Below, one piece after another: positions 26,915 to 36,219 of a DNA stretch of 64,000 bases. The translations under genes were made by a program, and so were the position numbers. How positions within the stretch are numbered: position 1 is the first letter of the stretch; each line of letters begins with the position of its first letter. Origin of the DNA: an uncultured Pseudomonadota bacterium (GTDB lineage Bacteria; SAR324; NAC60-12); assembly GCA_964597275.1 (NCBI GenBank), contig CAZQXS010000002.1, positions 191 through 64,190 on the forward strand, read 5' to 3'. Under the pieces are notes generated by a model that saw nothing but the letters and a program-made list of their open reading frames with translations, did no database searches and had not been told where the DNA came from.

Positions 26915-28131
26915 TCGGCCTCCAAAAAGGCAGCTTGCGCCGCGTTGTTGCGTTCGGCGACCCTGCCACGGGACGGTTCTGCGTCCTGACGCATCACGGG
27001 CAGGATTTCGCGTAGCGCATCGTGGTAGGAGCGCACTCCGTATTCGAGATCCGAAAGCAGGATGCCCTCGTAGCCGCTGGATTTCATCGCCTCGAAGGAC
27101 CAGAGCGTCAACTGCCGATCCTCCTCCACGGCGGTCGCGTCAATGCGGGTGGAGAGGTAGCGGGCCAGTCGCAGGGGTCGGCTTTCGTCCGGACGCTTGT
27201 AAATCGCGCCGCGCACTCCCGCGCTTTGTGCGGAAAAAGGGATGTCCTGATAAAACATCACGCAGTCCGGATACAGCCCCAGCACCAAATTCGGGAACAT
27301 CCCAAGATACACCCACGCCCGTGGCAGTTCCCGGTACGGCGATTCCAGTTGGTCGAGCAGTTTTTTGTAGTGCCGCACACTCCAGAGCCGCCCGGAGCCT
27401 TCGTTGAAGGGAGCGTAGGAGCGGCAGATTCCATTCACAAACGGCTCGTCCAGATAACCATTGCCGTACAAGTCGTGCAGGGAGGGGTGGGCGCGGGCGA
27501 CGTGGTAGCCTTCGTTGTCCACATCGCGGATGGATTTCCAGTTGATGGCTTCCGGAGGGGTGCAGGAAATCGGCTCGACGGGCAGCAGGTCTGCGGGGAA
27601 GTAGCTCACCATTTCCTCGTCAAACTGCGCCAGCACCTCGGCGACCGCAGGCTGGGGGCCGGGCTTGAAGCGCACGAAGACGAAGCCGTGCCAGATTTCC
27701 ATCTCCAGCGGCTTCAGCCCCCACTGCTCGGAGTCCAGTTCCGGGAACGTCCGGGCCTTGGCCGCGCCCCGCAATTTTCCGTCCAAGCCATAGGACCAGC
27801 CGTGAAACGGACAGATGATCGCCCCCCGGCAACGTCCTTCGGCGGCCTCCACCACGCGGGAACCGCGATGCCGGCAGACATTGTGAAACGCCCGGACCTG
27901 ATGGTCGTCGCCCCGCACGATCAGTGCCCGCTCGTTCACCAGATCGAAGGTGAGGTAGCTCCCCGGCTCCGGAAGGTCGCAGACATGACACGCCAGTTGC
28001 CAGTGCCTCCGAAACAGTTCCTCGGCCTCCAGCTCAAACAGTTCCTCACTGAAGTAGGTCCATGCGGGCAGGCCGGAGCGGTCCCAGCCGGGCGGCGGCT
28101 CAAGACCGGGAGCAAGGGCGATGGCATTCAT
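26911..28131 (-). CDS. Rieske [2Fe-2S] non-haem iron oxygenase, alpha-subunit-like (GbcA/Stc2/CntA-type)
   Basis: Rieske motif CRHRG-x17-CPFHGW, catalytic domain with mononuclear iron ligands (NEGYHVARAHP). Start at Met52 (MNAIALAPG...) of ORF 26911..28284; the upstream extension reads through repeat A2. First gene of the minus-strand operon Rieske-potB-potC-potA-ureohydrolase. Confidence 0.8.
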   Translation of the reverse strand: MNAIALAPGLEPPPGWDRSGLPAWTYFSEELFELEAEELFRRHWQLACHVCDLPEPGSYLTFDLVNERALIVRGDDHQVRAFHNVCRHRGSRVVEAAEGRCRGAIICPFHGWSYGLDGKLRGAAKARTFPELDSEQWGLKPLEMEIWHGFVFVRFKPGPQPAVAEVLAQFDEEMVSYFPADLLPVEPISCTPPEAINWKSIRDVDNEGYHVARAHPSLHDLYGNGYLDEPFVNGICRSYAPFNEGSGRLWSVRHYKKLLDQLESPYRELPRAWVYLGMFPNLVLGLYPDCVMFYQDIPFSAQSAGVRGAIYKRPDESRPLRLARYLSTRIDATAVEEDRQLTLWSFEAMKSSGYEGILLSDLEYGVRSYHDALREILPVMRQDAEPSRGRVAERNNAAQAAFLEAE

Positions 28132-28192
28132 GCGGAATGTTTTTTTCGTCGCAAGCAGGACTCTCCCAAAATTCGGGCAATGGTGGAACTCT

Positions 28193-28256
28193 CCGTTCGT
28201 GCTGAGCCTGTCGAAGCATGAACGGAAGCGCCCTTCGACAGGCTCAGGGCGAACGG
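28193..28256. repeat. REP-like palindromic element, family A ('LSLSKG' repeat), copy 2
   Basis: CCGTTCGTGCTGAGCCTGTCGAAG-loop-CTTCGACAGGCTCAGGGCGAACGG, perfect 24-bp stem. Generates spurious ORF 28128..28328 (…FALSLSKGASVHAS…). Confidence 0.75.
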
Positions 28257-28568
28257 GATCTCCAAATTTCGACAATCCATGCAAGCCCTGACCGTTTCAA
28301 ATCCGACGTATCCTAAGTCACCAAGCAATTCCTGTCAAGCCAGTGCTATTTTTCCTCATCGCTCAGTGTGAGCGATTTGGGACTTTCAGTCTCAAAAGCA
28401 ATAGAAATTTTTTCGTAACGCCTTTACATTTTCCGGGTTTCTCATAAGATACTGGTTGCCTGCCTGTTCTGGAAGGCAGGAACACTATCGGCTGCCACAA
28501 CGGAGTGAGTCCTTCATACGTTTTCGGTAAGTCGTCTTTTCTTCAACCCTCTTTTTGGAGAGGCTTCA

Positions 28569-30149
28569 ATGCGATCAAAAGCAATCAAACTCATCTCCCT
28601 GCTGGGAATGGCAGTGCTGGCGTTGGCAGTGGCCAATGTGCAGGCTGGCACCCCAAAGCGTGGTGGCACCCTGATCTGGAGTGTCAGTGGAACGCCCCGT
28701 CACCTCAACCCGGCGGTGCAGTCCGGCATTGCCACGGGGCAGCCCGGAGCGCAGCTTTTTGCCACTCCGCTGCGCTTTGACGAGAACTGGAACCCGCAAC
28801 CCTATCTGGCCCAGTCTTGGAGCATCTCCGACGACGGTCTTTCGGTGACGCTCAACCTTGTGGAAGGCGCGACCTTCCACGACGGCAAGCCAATCACCTC
28901 CAAGGACGTCAAGTTCTCCATCAACACGATCAAGGCCAACCATCCGTTCAAGACGATGTTTGCTCCGGTTAAAGACGTTGAGACTCCGGACAAACACACG
29001 GCGGTGATCAAGCTCTCCAAACCACACCCTGCCTTGTTACTGGCACTGTCCTCGCAGTTGGGTGCCATCATTCCAGAACATATCTATGGCGATGGACAGG
29101 ACCCCAAGAAGCATCCGCGCAACTCTGAGAATGTCGTGGGTTCCGGCCCCTTCAAGCTGGTGGAGTTTGTCCGCGATCAGCACATCATCATGGAGCGCTA
29201 CGACGGTTTCTTCATTAAGGGTCGTCCGTATCTTGACAAGATCGTGCAACGCATTATTAGGGACGGCTCTGTAAGGGTTTTGGGCCTCAAGAACGGAGAA
29301 ATTCACATCTCTCCGTTTGAAGCCCTGCCTCAGAATATCAACTCCTCCAAGAAGGAAGCGCACCTGACGGCAACCGATCAGGGTTATGCTGCGATTGGCC
29401 CAATCGTCTGGTTGGCGTTCAACACTAAGCGTGAGCCTACGAGCGACAAGCGTGTTCGGCAGGCTATCGCCCATGCGGTGGACCGAAATTTCATCGTCAA
29501 GGCAATCATGCTCGGGTCCTCGAAACCAGCGTACACTGGCATTCACCCGGACAGTGTCTTCCACGAACCGAATGTGGACCGCTACGACCTTGACCTCGAA
29601 AAGGCCAATGCCATCCTTGATGAGGCGGGATATGCACGAGGGAGCGACGGCATGCGCTTCAAGCTCCACATTGACTACGGTTGGGCAGGAGTCAAAAATC
29701 TCGCTGAGTACCTCAAGCCTCAACTCAAAAAGATCGGCATTGACGTAACCGTGAGGGCCTCTCCTGATTTCCCATCTTGGGCCAAGCGCATTTCCACTTG
29801 GGATTTCGACATGACTTGGGACGTGGTCTTCAACTGGGGTGACCCCGTGATTGGTGTCCACCGCACCTACCTGTGCAACAACGCCAAAAACGGCGTGATC
29901 TGGTCTAACACCCAGCAGTACTGCAACCCGATCGTTGATTCGGTGCTGGATCTGGCTGGAAAGGAGAACAACCAAGATAAACGCATCGCGCTCTACTCCA
30001 TTGCTCAGAGAATGCTGGCCGAAGACTTGCCGGTTTACTGGACCCATACCCTCCCCTACCACACCATTTACAACCACACCAAGGTAGGCAATCCTCCCCA
30101 GACCATTTGGGGAACGTCCTCTCCGCTGGATGAAGTCTATCTGAAGTAG
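28569..30149 (+). CDS. ABC transporter substrate-binding protein, family 5 (peptide/opine/nickel-type, DppA/OppA-like)
   Basis: 526 aa with signal peptide (MRSKAIKLISLLGMAVLALAVANVQA), SBP_bac_5 architecture. Confidence 0.85.
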   Translation: MRSKAIKLISLLGMAVLALAVANVQAGTPKRGGTLIWSVSGTPRHLNPAVQSGIATGQPGAQLFATPLRFDENWNPQPYLAQSWSISDDGLSVTLNLVEGATFHDGKPITSKDVKFSINTIKANHPFKTMFAPVKDVETPDKHTAVIKLSKPHPALLLALSSQLGAIIPEHIYGDGQDPKKHPRNSENVVGSGPFKLVEFVRDQHIIMERYDGFFIKGRPYLDKIVQRIIRDGSVRVLGLKNGEIHISPFEALPQNINSSKKEAHLTATDQGYAAIGPIVWLAFNTKREPTSDKRVRQAIAHAVDRNFIVKAIMLGSSKPAYTGIHPDSVFHEPNVDRYDLDLEKANAILDEAGYARGSDGMRFKLHIDYGWAGVKNLAEYLKPQLKKIGIDVTVRASPDFPSWAKRISTWDFDMTWDVVFNWGDPVIGVHRTYLCNNAKNGVIWSNTQQYCNPIVDSVLDLAGKENNQDKRIALYSIAQRMLAEDLPVYWTHTLPYHTIYNHTKVGNPPQTIWGTSSPLDEVYLK

Positions 30150-30255
30150 ATTTCACCCTTGCACAAATGGCTCCCATGCTTTGCGTGGGAGCCTCTGGCA
30201 ACATTAGGATTTCGGATAGTGACCCAAGGGAATGTGATCGCCGCTTCCCTTTTTT

Positions 30256-30333
30256 GTCATCCCCGCACAGGCGGGAATCCAGAATTTTCAGTGAGTTACA
30301 GGCTCCCTGGATCCCCGCCTGTGCGGGGATGAC
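30256..30333. repeat. REP-like palindromic element, family B variant ('VIPAQAGIQ'), copy 3
   Basis: GTCATCCCCGCACAGGCGGGAATCCAG-loop-CTGGATCCCCGCCTGTGCGGGGATGAC. Generates spurious peptide ...FVIPAQAGIQ... Confidence 0.7.
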
Positions 30334-30344
30334 GAATTGCAGAA

Positions 30345-30377
30345 GACGCGATTCGCGGGCATGGCTCGCTCCTACGG
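30345..30377. repeat. REP-like element, family C ('VGAGHARESR'), copy 1
   Basis: ACGCGATTCGCGGGCATGGCTCGCTCCTACGG. Near-identical to 35385-35417. Contains palindrome GCGGGCATGGC(T/C)CGC. Confidence 0.65.
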
Positions 30378-30417
30378 ATTCTCGAAGAAGCAACCCACTC
30401 CTTTTCTCCAAACCACG

Positions 30418-31398
30418 GTGCAATTCCTTTCGATCACGATCAAGCGGGTCGGCTTTGGGCTGGTGCTGCTACTGGCCGTGCTGGTGCTGAATTTTTCCCT
30501 GATGCACCTCGCTCCGGGAGACATTGCGGACACTATCGCCATTGATGCCGGAGGTGCGGACGAGGAGGTGATGGCCGCGATCCGCAAGGACTACGGTCTG
30601 GACCTGCCTGTCTGGCAGCAGTTGCTGAAGTACCTCGCCAAGGTCGCCGTCCTCGATCTGGGCTACTCCTTCTACTACAACATCTCCGTTACCGACCTGA
30701 TTCTCGAACGCCTGCCCGCAACGCTCCTGCTGGTGATCAGCGCCCAGATGTTGGCGATCACGGTTGGGGTCGTACTTGGCGTGATGGCCGCCCGCAAACC
30801 CAAGGGACTCACGAGCCACTTCGTCACCGTGCTCGCGCTGGTAGGCTACTCCGCCCCCGTGTTCTGGACGGGGATCATGCTGATCATCCTATTTTCCTCC
30901 ACCTTCCCTGTCTTTCCGATTGCAGGAATGATGGATGTCTCGGTGGAACGCGAGGGATTTGCCCACGTGCTGGATGTCTTGCACCACCTCGCGTTGCCCT
31001 CCGTCACGCTCGCTTCTATCTTCCTTGCTCTTTACAGTCGTCTTGCGCGGGCGAGCATGCTGGATGTGCTGGGGTCGGACTATGTGCGCACTGCACAGGC
31101 TAAAGGACTGTCGGAGTTTCTGGTCGTGTACAAGCATGCCCTGCGCAATGCATTGCTTCCGGTGGTAACGATGGCAGGGCTAGTATTTTCCGGGGTAATT
31201 TCAGGGGCCGTGCTGGTGGAAACCGTCTTTAGCTGGCCGGGATTGGGCACACTGGCTGTGCAGGCCATCGTGGCCCGTGACACGCCTACGATTCTCGGCA
31301 TTCTCTTCTTTTCCTCGCTGGTGGTGGTGGTGGCCAACCTGCTCACCGATCTTGTGTACCGCGTCATTGACCCCCGCATCAAGACCTCCAATGCCTGA
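30418..31398 (+). CDS. ABC transporter permease (DppB/OppB-like)
   Basis: ORF 30337..31398. The N-terminal 27 codons lie inside repeat C1 (MARSYGFSKK...), so a GTG start at 30418 (VQFLSITIKRVGFGLVLLLAVLVLNFSLMHLAPGD) is preferred; start uncertain. Confidence 0.7.
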   Translation: MQFLSITIKRVGFGLVLLLAVLVLNFSLMHLAPGDIADTIAIDAGGADEEVMAAIRKDYGLDLPVWQQLLKYLAKVAVLDLGYSFYYNISVTDLILERLPATLLLVISAQMLAITVGVVLGVMAARKPKGLTSHFVTVLALVGYSAPVFWTGIMLIILFSSTFPVFPIAGMMDVSVEREGFAHVLDVLHHLALPSVTLASIFLALYSRLARASMLDVLGSDYVRTAQAKGLSEFLVVYKHALRNALLPVVTMAGLVFSGVISGAVLVETVFSWPGLGTLAVQAIVARDTPTILGILFFSSLVVVVANLLTDLVYRVIDPRIKTSNA

Positions 31399-32284
31399 AC
31401 CACAAGCCGCGCAAGCCAAGCCCGAATTGGAGGCGGTCCGGGAGGAGCATCCCCTGATGGAAACCGTCCGCATGTTCGCCAAGAACTACTCGGCAGTGGC
31501 TGGGTTCTCCGTGTTGTCCGTCATCGTGGTTGTCTCTCTGATCGGACCGCTCGTTTACACCACTGATCCATTTGAGATGGTTTGGGCACCCTTCACCCAT
31601 CCTGGAAATGAAGGTTTCATTTTGGGAACCGATTACCTAGGACGCGACCTGCTGGCCCAAATCATCCACGGCGGAAAAGCCACATTGGCTGTCGGCTGCG
31701 CGGCGGCTTTGCTCAGTGTCTTCATCGGCATCACCATCGGCGCCCTCTCCGGGTTCTACCGGGGCTGGGTGGAAGAGGTGTTGATGCGCATCACGGAGTT
31801 TTTTCAGGTGCTGCCGACTTTGCTGTTCTCAATGGTGATTGTCGCGCTTTTTGGTGCCTCGCTTCCGGTGATCACCTTCGCCATCGGCATTGTGAGTTGG
31901 ACGGCGGTGGCCCGGATCACGCGGGCGGAGTTCTTGCGCATCCGTGAACTCGAATACGTCACGGCCTCGCGCTCGGTCGGGGCACGGAACTTTTACCTGA
32001 TGATGCAGGTGATCCTGCCCAACGCGCTTCCGCCGATTGTCGTGCAGGCCACACTGATGGTTGGCTCGGCCATCCTCTTCGAGGCCGGACTGAGCTTCCT
32101 CGGACTCAGCGACCCCAACGTGATGAGTTGGGGAGCGATCATGGGCAACAACCGTCAGTACATCTTGCAGGAGAGTTTCACGCTCATGTATCCCGGACTG
32201 GCGATCTTCATCACCGTGCTGGCCATCAGTCTCGTCGGTGACGGTCTCAATGACGCGCTCAATCCCAAACTGCGTCAGCGCTGA
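31391..32284 (+). CDS. ABC transporter permease (DppC/OppC-like)
   Basis: Start at MPEPQAAQAKPE (Met39 of ORF 31277..32284), overlapping the upstream permease stop by 8 bp. Five to six TM segments, EAA loop. Confidence 0.8.
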   Translation: MPEPQAAQAKPELEAVREEHPLMETVRMFAKNYSAVAGFSVLSVIVVVSLIGPLVYTTDPFEMVWAPFTHPGNEGFILGTDYLGRDLLAQIIHGGKATLAVGCAAALLSVFIGITIGALSGFYRGWVEEVLMRITEFFQVLPTLLFSMVIVALFGASLPVITFAIGIVSWTAVARITRAEFLRIRELEYVTASRSVGARNFYLMMQVILPNALPPIVVQATLMVGSAILFEAGLSFLGLSDPNVMSWGAIMGNNRQYILQESFTLMYPGLAIFITVLAISLVGDGLNDALNPKLRQR

Positions 32285-33292
32285 ATGATGCCCGATTCGA
32301 TTCTTTCCGTCGAAAACCTGACCGTCACCTTCAAGACCCGCTTTGGGTTGATCCCGGTGATTGACGATGTTTCCTTCGGCATTGCGCCGGGGGAGATTCT
32401 GGGGATTGTCGGGGAGTCCGGTTGTGGAAAAACGATGACCTCGCTGGCGATCATGCGGCTGATGCCGGAACAGGGCAAGGTCACGGGCGGGACAATCCGC
32501 CTTGCCGGGGAAGACTTGGTGCTGGCCTCGGAGCCGCGCATGCGGGACATCCGGGGCAACGAAATCTCGATGGTCTTTCAGGAGCCGATGACCTCGCTCA
32601 ATCCCGTCTTCAGTGTGGGTGAGCAAATCGCCGAGGTGCTGATCGCCCATCAGGGCTTGAGCAAGCGCGAAGCCAAGTCACAGGCGGTGGGGTTGTTGGA
32701 AGCGGTCAAGATTCCCCTGCCCGCCCGCCGCGTCAATGACTACCCGCATCAGCTTTCCGGAGGCATGCGCCAGCGCGTGATGATCGCCATCGCGCTCGCC
32801 TGCAAGCCCAAGGTGCTGATCGCGGACGAGCCGACCACCGCACTGGACGTGACCGTGCAGGCGCACATCTTCGAGCTGCTTCAGGAACTCCGGGACCAGA
32901 CCGGAACCTCGATCATCCTCATCACCCACGACATGGCCTCGGTCGCCGAGATGGCCGAGCGCGTGATGGTCATGTACGCCGGACGCAAGGTGGAGGAAGG
33001 CCCGGTGCGCGAAGTGCTGACCAATCCACTGCATCCCTACACGCAAGGGTTGATCGCCTGCGTGCCGCACCTCACAGAAACGATCACTCCGGAACGGCAC
33101 GACCTGCTGGAGATTCCGGGCATGGTGCCCCCGATGCGGCATTTTGGGCGCAACGAATGCCTGTTTGCGCCGCGTTGCAAGTTTGTCGAGGAGCGTTGCC
33201 GCAACGAGCGTCCGATGGACGGCGAACGCGCCGCCAATCACCTTGCCGCCTGCTGGGTGGAAAACCCGAACGCCGAGAAGGTTTTCGCATGA
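32285..33292 (+). CDS. ABC transporter ATP-binding protein (DppD/OppD-like)
   Basis: Walker A GESGCGKT, signature [12 protein letters not shown], Walker [12 protein letters not shown], oligopeptide C-terminal domain. Confidence 0.85.
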   Translation: MMPDSILSVENLTVTFKTRFGLIPVIDDVSFGIAPGEILGIVGESGCGKTMTSLAIMRLMPEQGKVTGGTIRLAGEDLVLASEPRMRDIRGNEISMVFQEPMTSLNPVFSVGEQIAEVLIAHQGLSKREAKSQAVGLLEAVKIPLPARRVNDYPHQLSGGMRQRVMIAIALACKPKVLIADEPTTALDVTVQAHIFELLQELRDQTGTSIILITHDMASVAEMAERVMVMYAGRKVEEGPVREVLTNPLHPYTQGLIACVPHLTETITPERHDLLEIPGMVPPMRHFGRNECLFAPRCKFVEERCRNERPMDGERAANHLAACWVENPNAEKVFA

Positions 33293-34263
33293 CCGCCGAA
33301 GCCACTGTCCTCGAAGTCAACGATCTGGCGGTGCGTTTTCGTATGAAGCGCAAGCACCTTTTTGATCCGCCGAGCCATGTCCATGCCGTGGATGGCGTGT
33401 CCTTCACGGTGGAGCGCGGCAAGACGCTGGGACTCGTCGGCGAATCCGGTTCCGGGAAAACGACGACCGGGCTGGCGATTGCCCGCTTAGTTGAGGCCAA
33501 CGGCGGTTCTGTGAAGATCAAGGGCACCGAGGTCTTGGGGCTGGAAGGCGAAGCTCTCCGCAATCAGCGACAGCACATCCAGTTCGTCTTTCAGGATCCC
33601 TATTCCTCGCTGAATCCGCGATTGCGGGCGGGTCGGCTGGTCCGGGAAGCGTTGGACCGCCTCAAGGTGGGAACGCCCGCCGAGCGCAGTCAGCGCGTCA
33701 GCGAGTTGTTCGGGCAGGTGGGGCTGAGTCGGGAGCAGGAGCGGCTGTTTCCGCATCAATTTTCCGGCGGGCAACGACAACGACTGGGCATCGCCCGTGC
33801 GCTGGCGTCGCATCCGGATTTGCTGATTTGCGACGAGCCGGTTTCTGCGCTGGACGTGGCGGTGCAGGCACAAATCCTCAACCTGCTCCGACGGCTCCAG
33901 CAGGACATGGGCCTGACCTACCTCTTCATCTCCCACGACCTCGGTGTGGTCCAGCACATGTGCGACGAAATCGCGGTCATGTACGTTGGGCAGATCGTGG
34001 AGCAGACCGACCGCGTGTCGCTCTTCCAGAATCCGTTGCACCCCTACACCAAGGGCTTGCTTGCCTCGGTGCCGTCCGCCGACCCCAACCGCCAACGCAC
34101 CAAGCAGACGAGCATCATGGGCGAGCCACCGAGTCCGGTGGACCCGCCTCCGGGCTGCCGCTTCGCCTCACGCTGTCCGCTTGCGGAAGACCGTTGCCGC
34201 GCCGAAACTCCCGCCCTGCGCCCCATCGAATCCGGACACCGCGTGGCCTGCCACTTGGTGTAG
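33289..34263 (+). CDS. ABC transporter ATP-binding protein (DppF/OppF-like)
   Basis: Start at [15 protein letters not shown] (Met45 of ORF 33157..34263), 4-bp ATGA overlap. GESGSGKTT, FSGGQRQRLGIA, LICDEPVSALD. Confidence 0.85.
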   Translation: MTAEATVLEVNDLAVRFRMKRKHLFDPPSHVHAVDGVSFTVERGKTLGLVGESGSGKTTTGLAIARLVEANGGSVKIKGTEVLGLEGEALRNQRQHIQFVFQDPYSSLNPRLRAGRLVREALDRLKVGTPAERSQRVSELFGQVGLSREQERLFPHQFSGGQRQRLGIARALASHPDLLICDEPVSALDVAVQAQILNLLRRLQQDMGLTYLFISHDLGVVQHMCDEIAVMYVGQIVEQTDRVSLFQNPLHPYTKGLLASVPSADPNRQRTKQTSIMGEPPSPVDPPPGCRFASRCPLAEDRCRAETPALRPIESGHRVACHLV

Positions 34264-34341
34264 TTTCAAACACAACACCTGAGTTGCACATTCCGTTTCC
34301 GACTGGGCAGTGGTTTTTGTGTAAATGATGCCCTCTCCTCC

Positions 34342-34426
34342 TGTCATTCCGGGCGGAGCGGAGCGGAGACCCGGAATCCAGAGCAAACGGCCGTGTGGCT
34401 GGATTCCCGCCTGCGCGGGAATGACA
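34342..34426. repeat. REP-like palindromic element, family B ('VIPAQAGIQ'), copy 2
   Basis: Near-identical to 21825-21909. Generates spurious ORF 34168..34446 (MSVFTSAVIPAQAGIQPHG...). Confidence 0.7.
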
Positions 34427-34484
34427 GCAGAGGTGAAGACGCTCATTGAACGGCCCCCACCCTCAATTTTTGCGCAAGCCCTGT

Positions 34485-35243
34485 TCAGACCGTGAAAAGC
34501 TTACCGAATTGCGGCAGGGCATCGTCAACTCCGGCCAGCCGCAGGCAGTGCCACGCGAGCGCGTGGTTGCTGGAGGTGACGGGCTTGCCCAACTCGTCCT
34601 CCAGCCGCTTCACCTCGGCGGCGATGCGCAGGTTGGTGCAGGAGACAAACACGGTGTCCACTGACTCGTGCTGTCCCAATTCCAGCACCACCTTCCCAAT
34701 GCACTCCGGGGTCATCTGCCCTACCTTGTTGTCGTCCTCCTCGTTGAACGATCCGATCACCGGGATTTCAAACCCCTGATTCTCAAAGTAATCCCGCAGG
34801 TCTTGGTTGATCTCGTCACGATAGGGCGTGATCAGCGCAAAATTGCAAGTGTGCATCGCCGAAAGCGCGGCCACGGTCGCCGTGATCGGATTGGTCGTCT
34901 TCACCTCCGGGCGCACCGAGCGGATGCAGCGGTCCACCTCCCTCTCTCCGATGTAGAGCGATCCGGAAGTGCAGCCGTAGCCGATCACATCCAGCGGCAT
35001 TCCAGGCAGGATCACGTCCGCGCAATCGGCAAGCTTGTCCTGCATCGCCCGCAAGGTGTCCGGGGTGATGGTCGCCGCATTGGCCAGCCGGTTACCATAA
35101 ATCGCCACGCCGGGCAGGTTGAGCAGTAGCCGGAACTCATGCTCAATCACATGATCGGTTGCCAGCGTCAGCAGGCCGATAGCCGCCTGTGAGCGGATTT
35201 CCGCACTCAGTTCATAGGGCAGAGATTGCAGGTTGATCGACAT
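34485..35243 (-). CDS. Asp/Glu/hydantoin racemase superfamily protein (maleate isomerase / arylmalonate decarboxylase / EutA-like)
   Basis: 252 aa; two catalytic Cys-containing motifs in the characteristic positions (IGYGCTSGS and VFVSCTNLR). Confidence 0.7.
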   Translation of the reverse strand: MSINLQSLPYELSAEIRSQAAIGLLTLATDHVIEHEFRLLLNLPGVAIYGNRLANAATITPDTLRAMQDKLADCADVILPGMPLDVIGYGCTSGSLYIGEREVDRCIRSVRPEVKTTNPITATVAALSAMHTCNFALITPYRDEINQDLRDYFENQGFEIPVIGSFNEEDDNKVGQMTPECIGKVVLELGQHESVDTVFVSCTNLRIAAEVKRLEDELGKPVTSSNHALAWHCLRLAGVDDALPQFGKLFTV

Positions 35244-35366
35244 GGTCGGTTCCTGTGGTGCAACGGTTAGTGGAGTTTAAGGGCGAGTACACTTTCAAGA
35301 AAATCGTAGCTCCAGAACCGCAGAAAAGCAACCTATAGTGATTCTGATTAACTTTTGAACACCTCG

Positions 35367-35417
35367 TTGTAGGAGCGTTCCCTGGACGCGATTCGCGGGC
35401 ATGGCCCGCTCCTACGG
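35367..35417. repeat. REP-like element, family C ('VGAGHARESR'), copy 2, within a longer hairpin
   Basis: GTAGGAGCG-TTCCCTGGACGCGATTCGCGGGCATGGC-CCGCTCCTAC. Generates spurious ORFs 35348..35575(-) and the MARSYGAS... start of 35401..36267. Confidence 0.65.
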
Positions 35418-35487
35418 TGCTTCGGGTTCGGAAGAAACAAAAACAGATACAATTCTTGTTCAGAATCACTACACATGCGAGCAGGCA

Positions 35488-36219
35488 TCAGGGCAGGGGC
35501 AGCTTGGCCATGCGTCCGCCGTCCACGGTGTAGATTTGTCCAGTCACAAATGCCGCCGCGTCCGAGGCCAGCCACGCCACGAGTTCCGCGACTTCTTCAG
35601 GAGTTCCGGTGCGCCCCACCGGATGGATGCCTCCGATGTCCTTGCGAAACTGCTCCGGAGCGGGCATGGCGTTGATGAAATCCACGTTGAGTTCGGTGTC
35701 AATCCAGCCCGGTGCCACGGCGTTGCAGCGAATCCCCTCCGGGCCATGATCCACCGCAACCGCACGGGTGAGCCCATGCAACCCGGCCTTGGAGGCGCAG
35801 TAAGCTGGATGCCGGGGATTCGACCCCAGCCCCTCGATGGAGCCGATGTTGACAATCGCCCCCCGCCCGCGCAAGAGCGGGAGGGCGTGCTTGATCAGCA
35901 GGAACGGTGCCCGCAGGTTGACCGCGAGGGTGCGCTCCCAATCGGTCAGCGGCATTTCCGCCACCGTGCCTTCGAGCATCACGCCCGCATTGTTGACCAG
36001 AATGTCCAGCCGACCTGCTTGAGATTTCAGTTGGGCGATGACCGCTTCCGGCACTTCCGGATCAGCAAGGTCCGCCCGGATGGTCTCGAAGCCGTCCGCA
36101 TTCTGCCGCTGGGCGGTGAACACGCGGATGCCGTCCACCGCAAAACGCCGGGCACAGGCCAGCCCGATTCCGCTGCGACCGCCCGTCACCAGTGCCACCT
36201 TTTGCACCGACTCGCTCAT
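35488..36219 (-). CDS. short-chain dehydrogenase/reductase (SDR)
   Basis: Start at MSESVQKVALVTGGRSGIG (Met15 of ORF 35488..36261). TGxxxGxG, NNAG, catalytic YxxxK (YCASK). Confidence 0.85.
   Translation of the reverse strand: MSESVQKVALVTGGRSGIGLACARRFAVDGIRVFTAQRQNADGFETIRADLADPEVPEAVIAQLKSQAGRLDILVNNAGVMLEGTVAEMPLTDWERTLAVNLRAPFLLIKHALPLLRGRGAIVNIGSIEGLGSNPRHPAYCASKAGLHGLTRAVAVDHGPEGIRCNAVAPGWIDTELNVDFINAMPAPEQFRKDIGGIHPVGRTGTPEEVAELVAWLASDAAAFVTGQIYTVDGGRMAKLPLP

Noticed and set aside
26911-28284. Rieske oxygenase N-terminal extension (MHGLSKFGDPVRPEPVEG…)
   Set aside because: The extra 51 codons read straight through palindromic repeat A2. Met52 (28131) gives a normal Rieske N-terminus.
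28128-28328. Small ORFs 28128..28328, 34168..34446, 35348..35575, 29905..30423 and others containing LSLSKG / VIPAQAGIQ / VGASHARESR peptides
   Set aside because: These are artefactual translations of the dispersed palindromic repeat families A, B and C.
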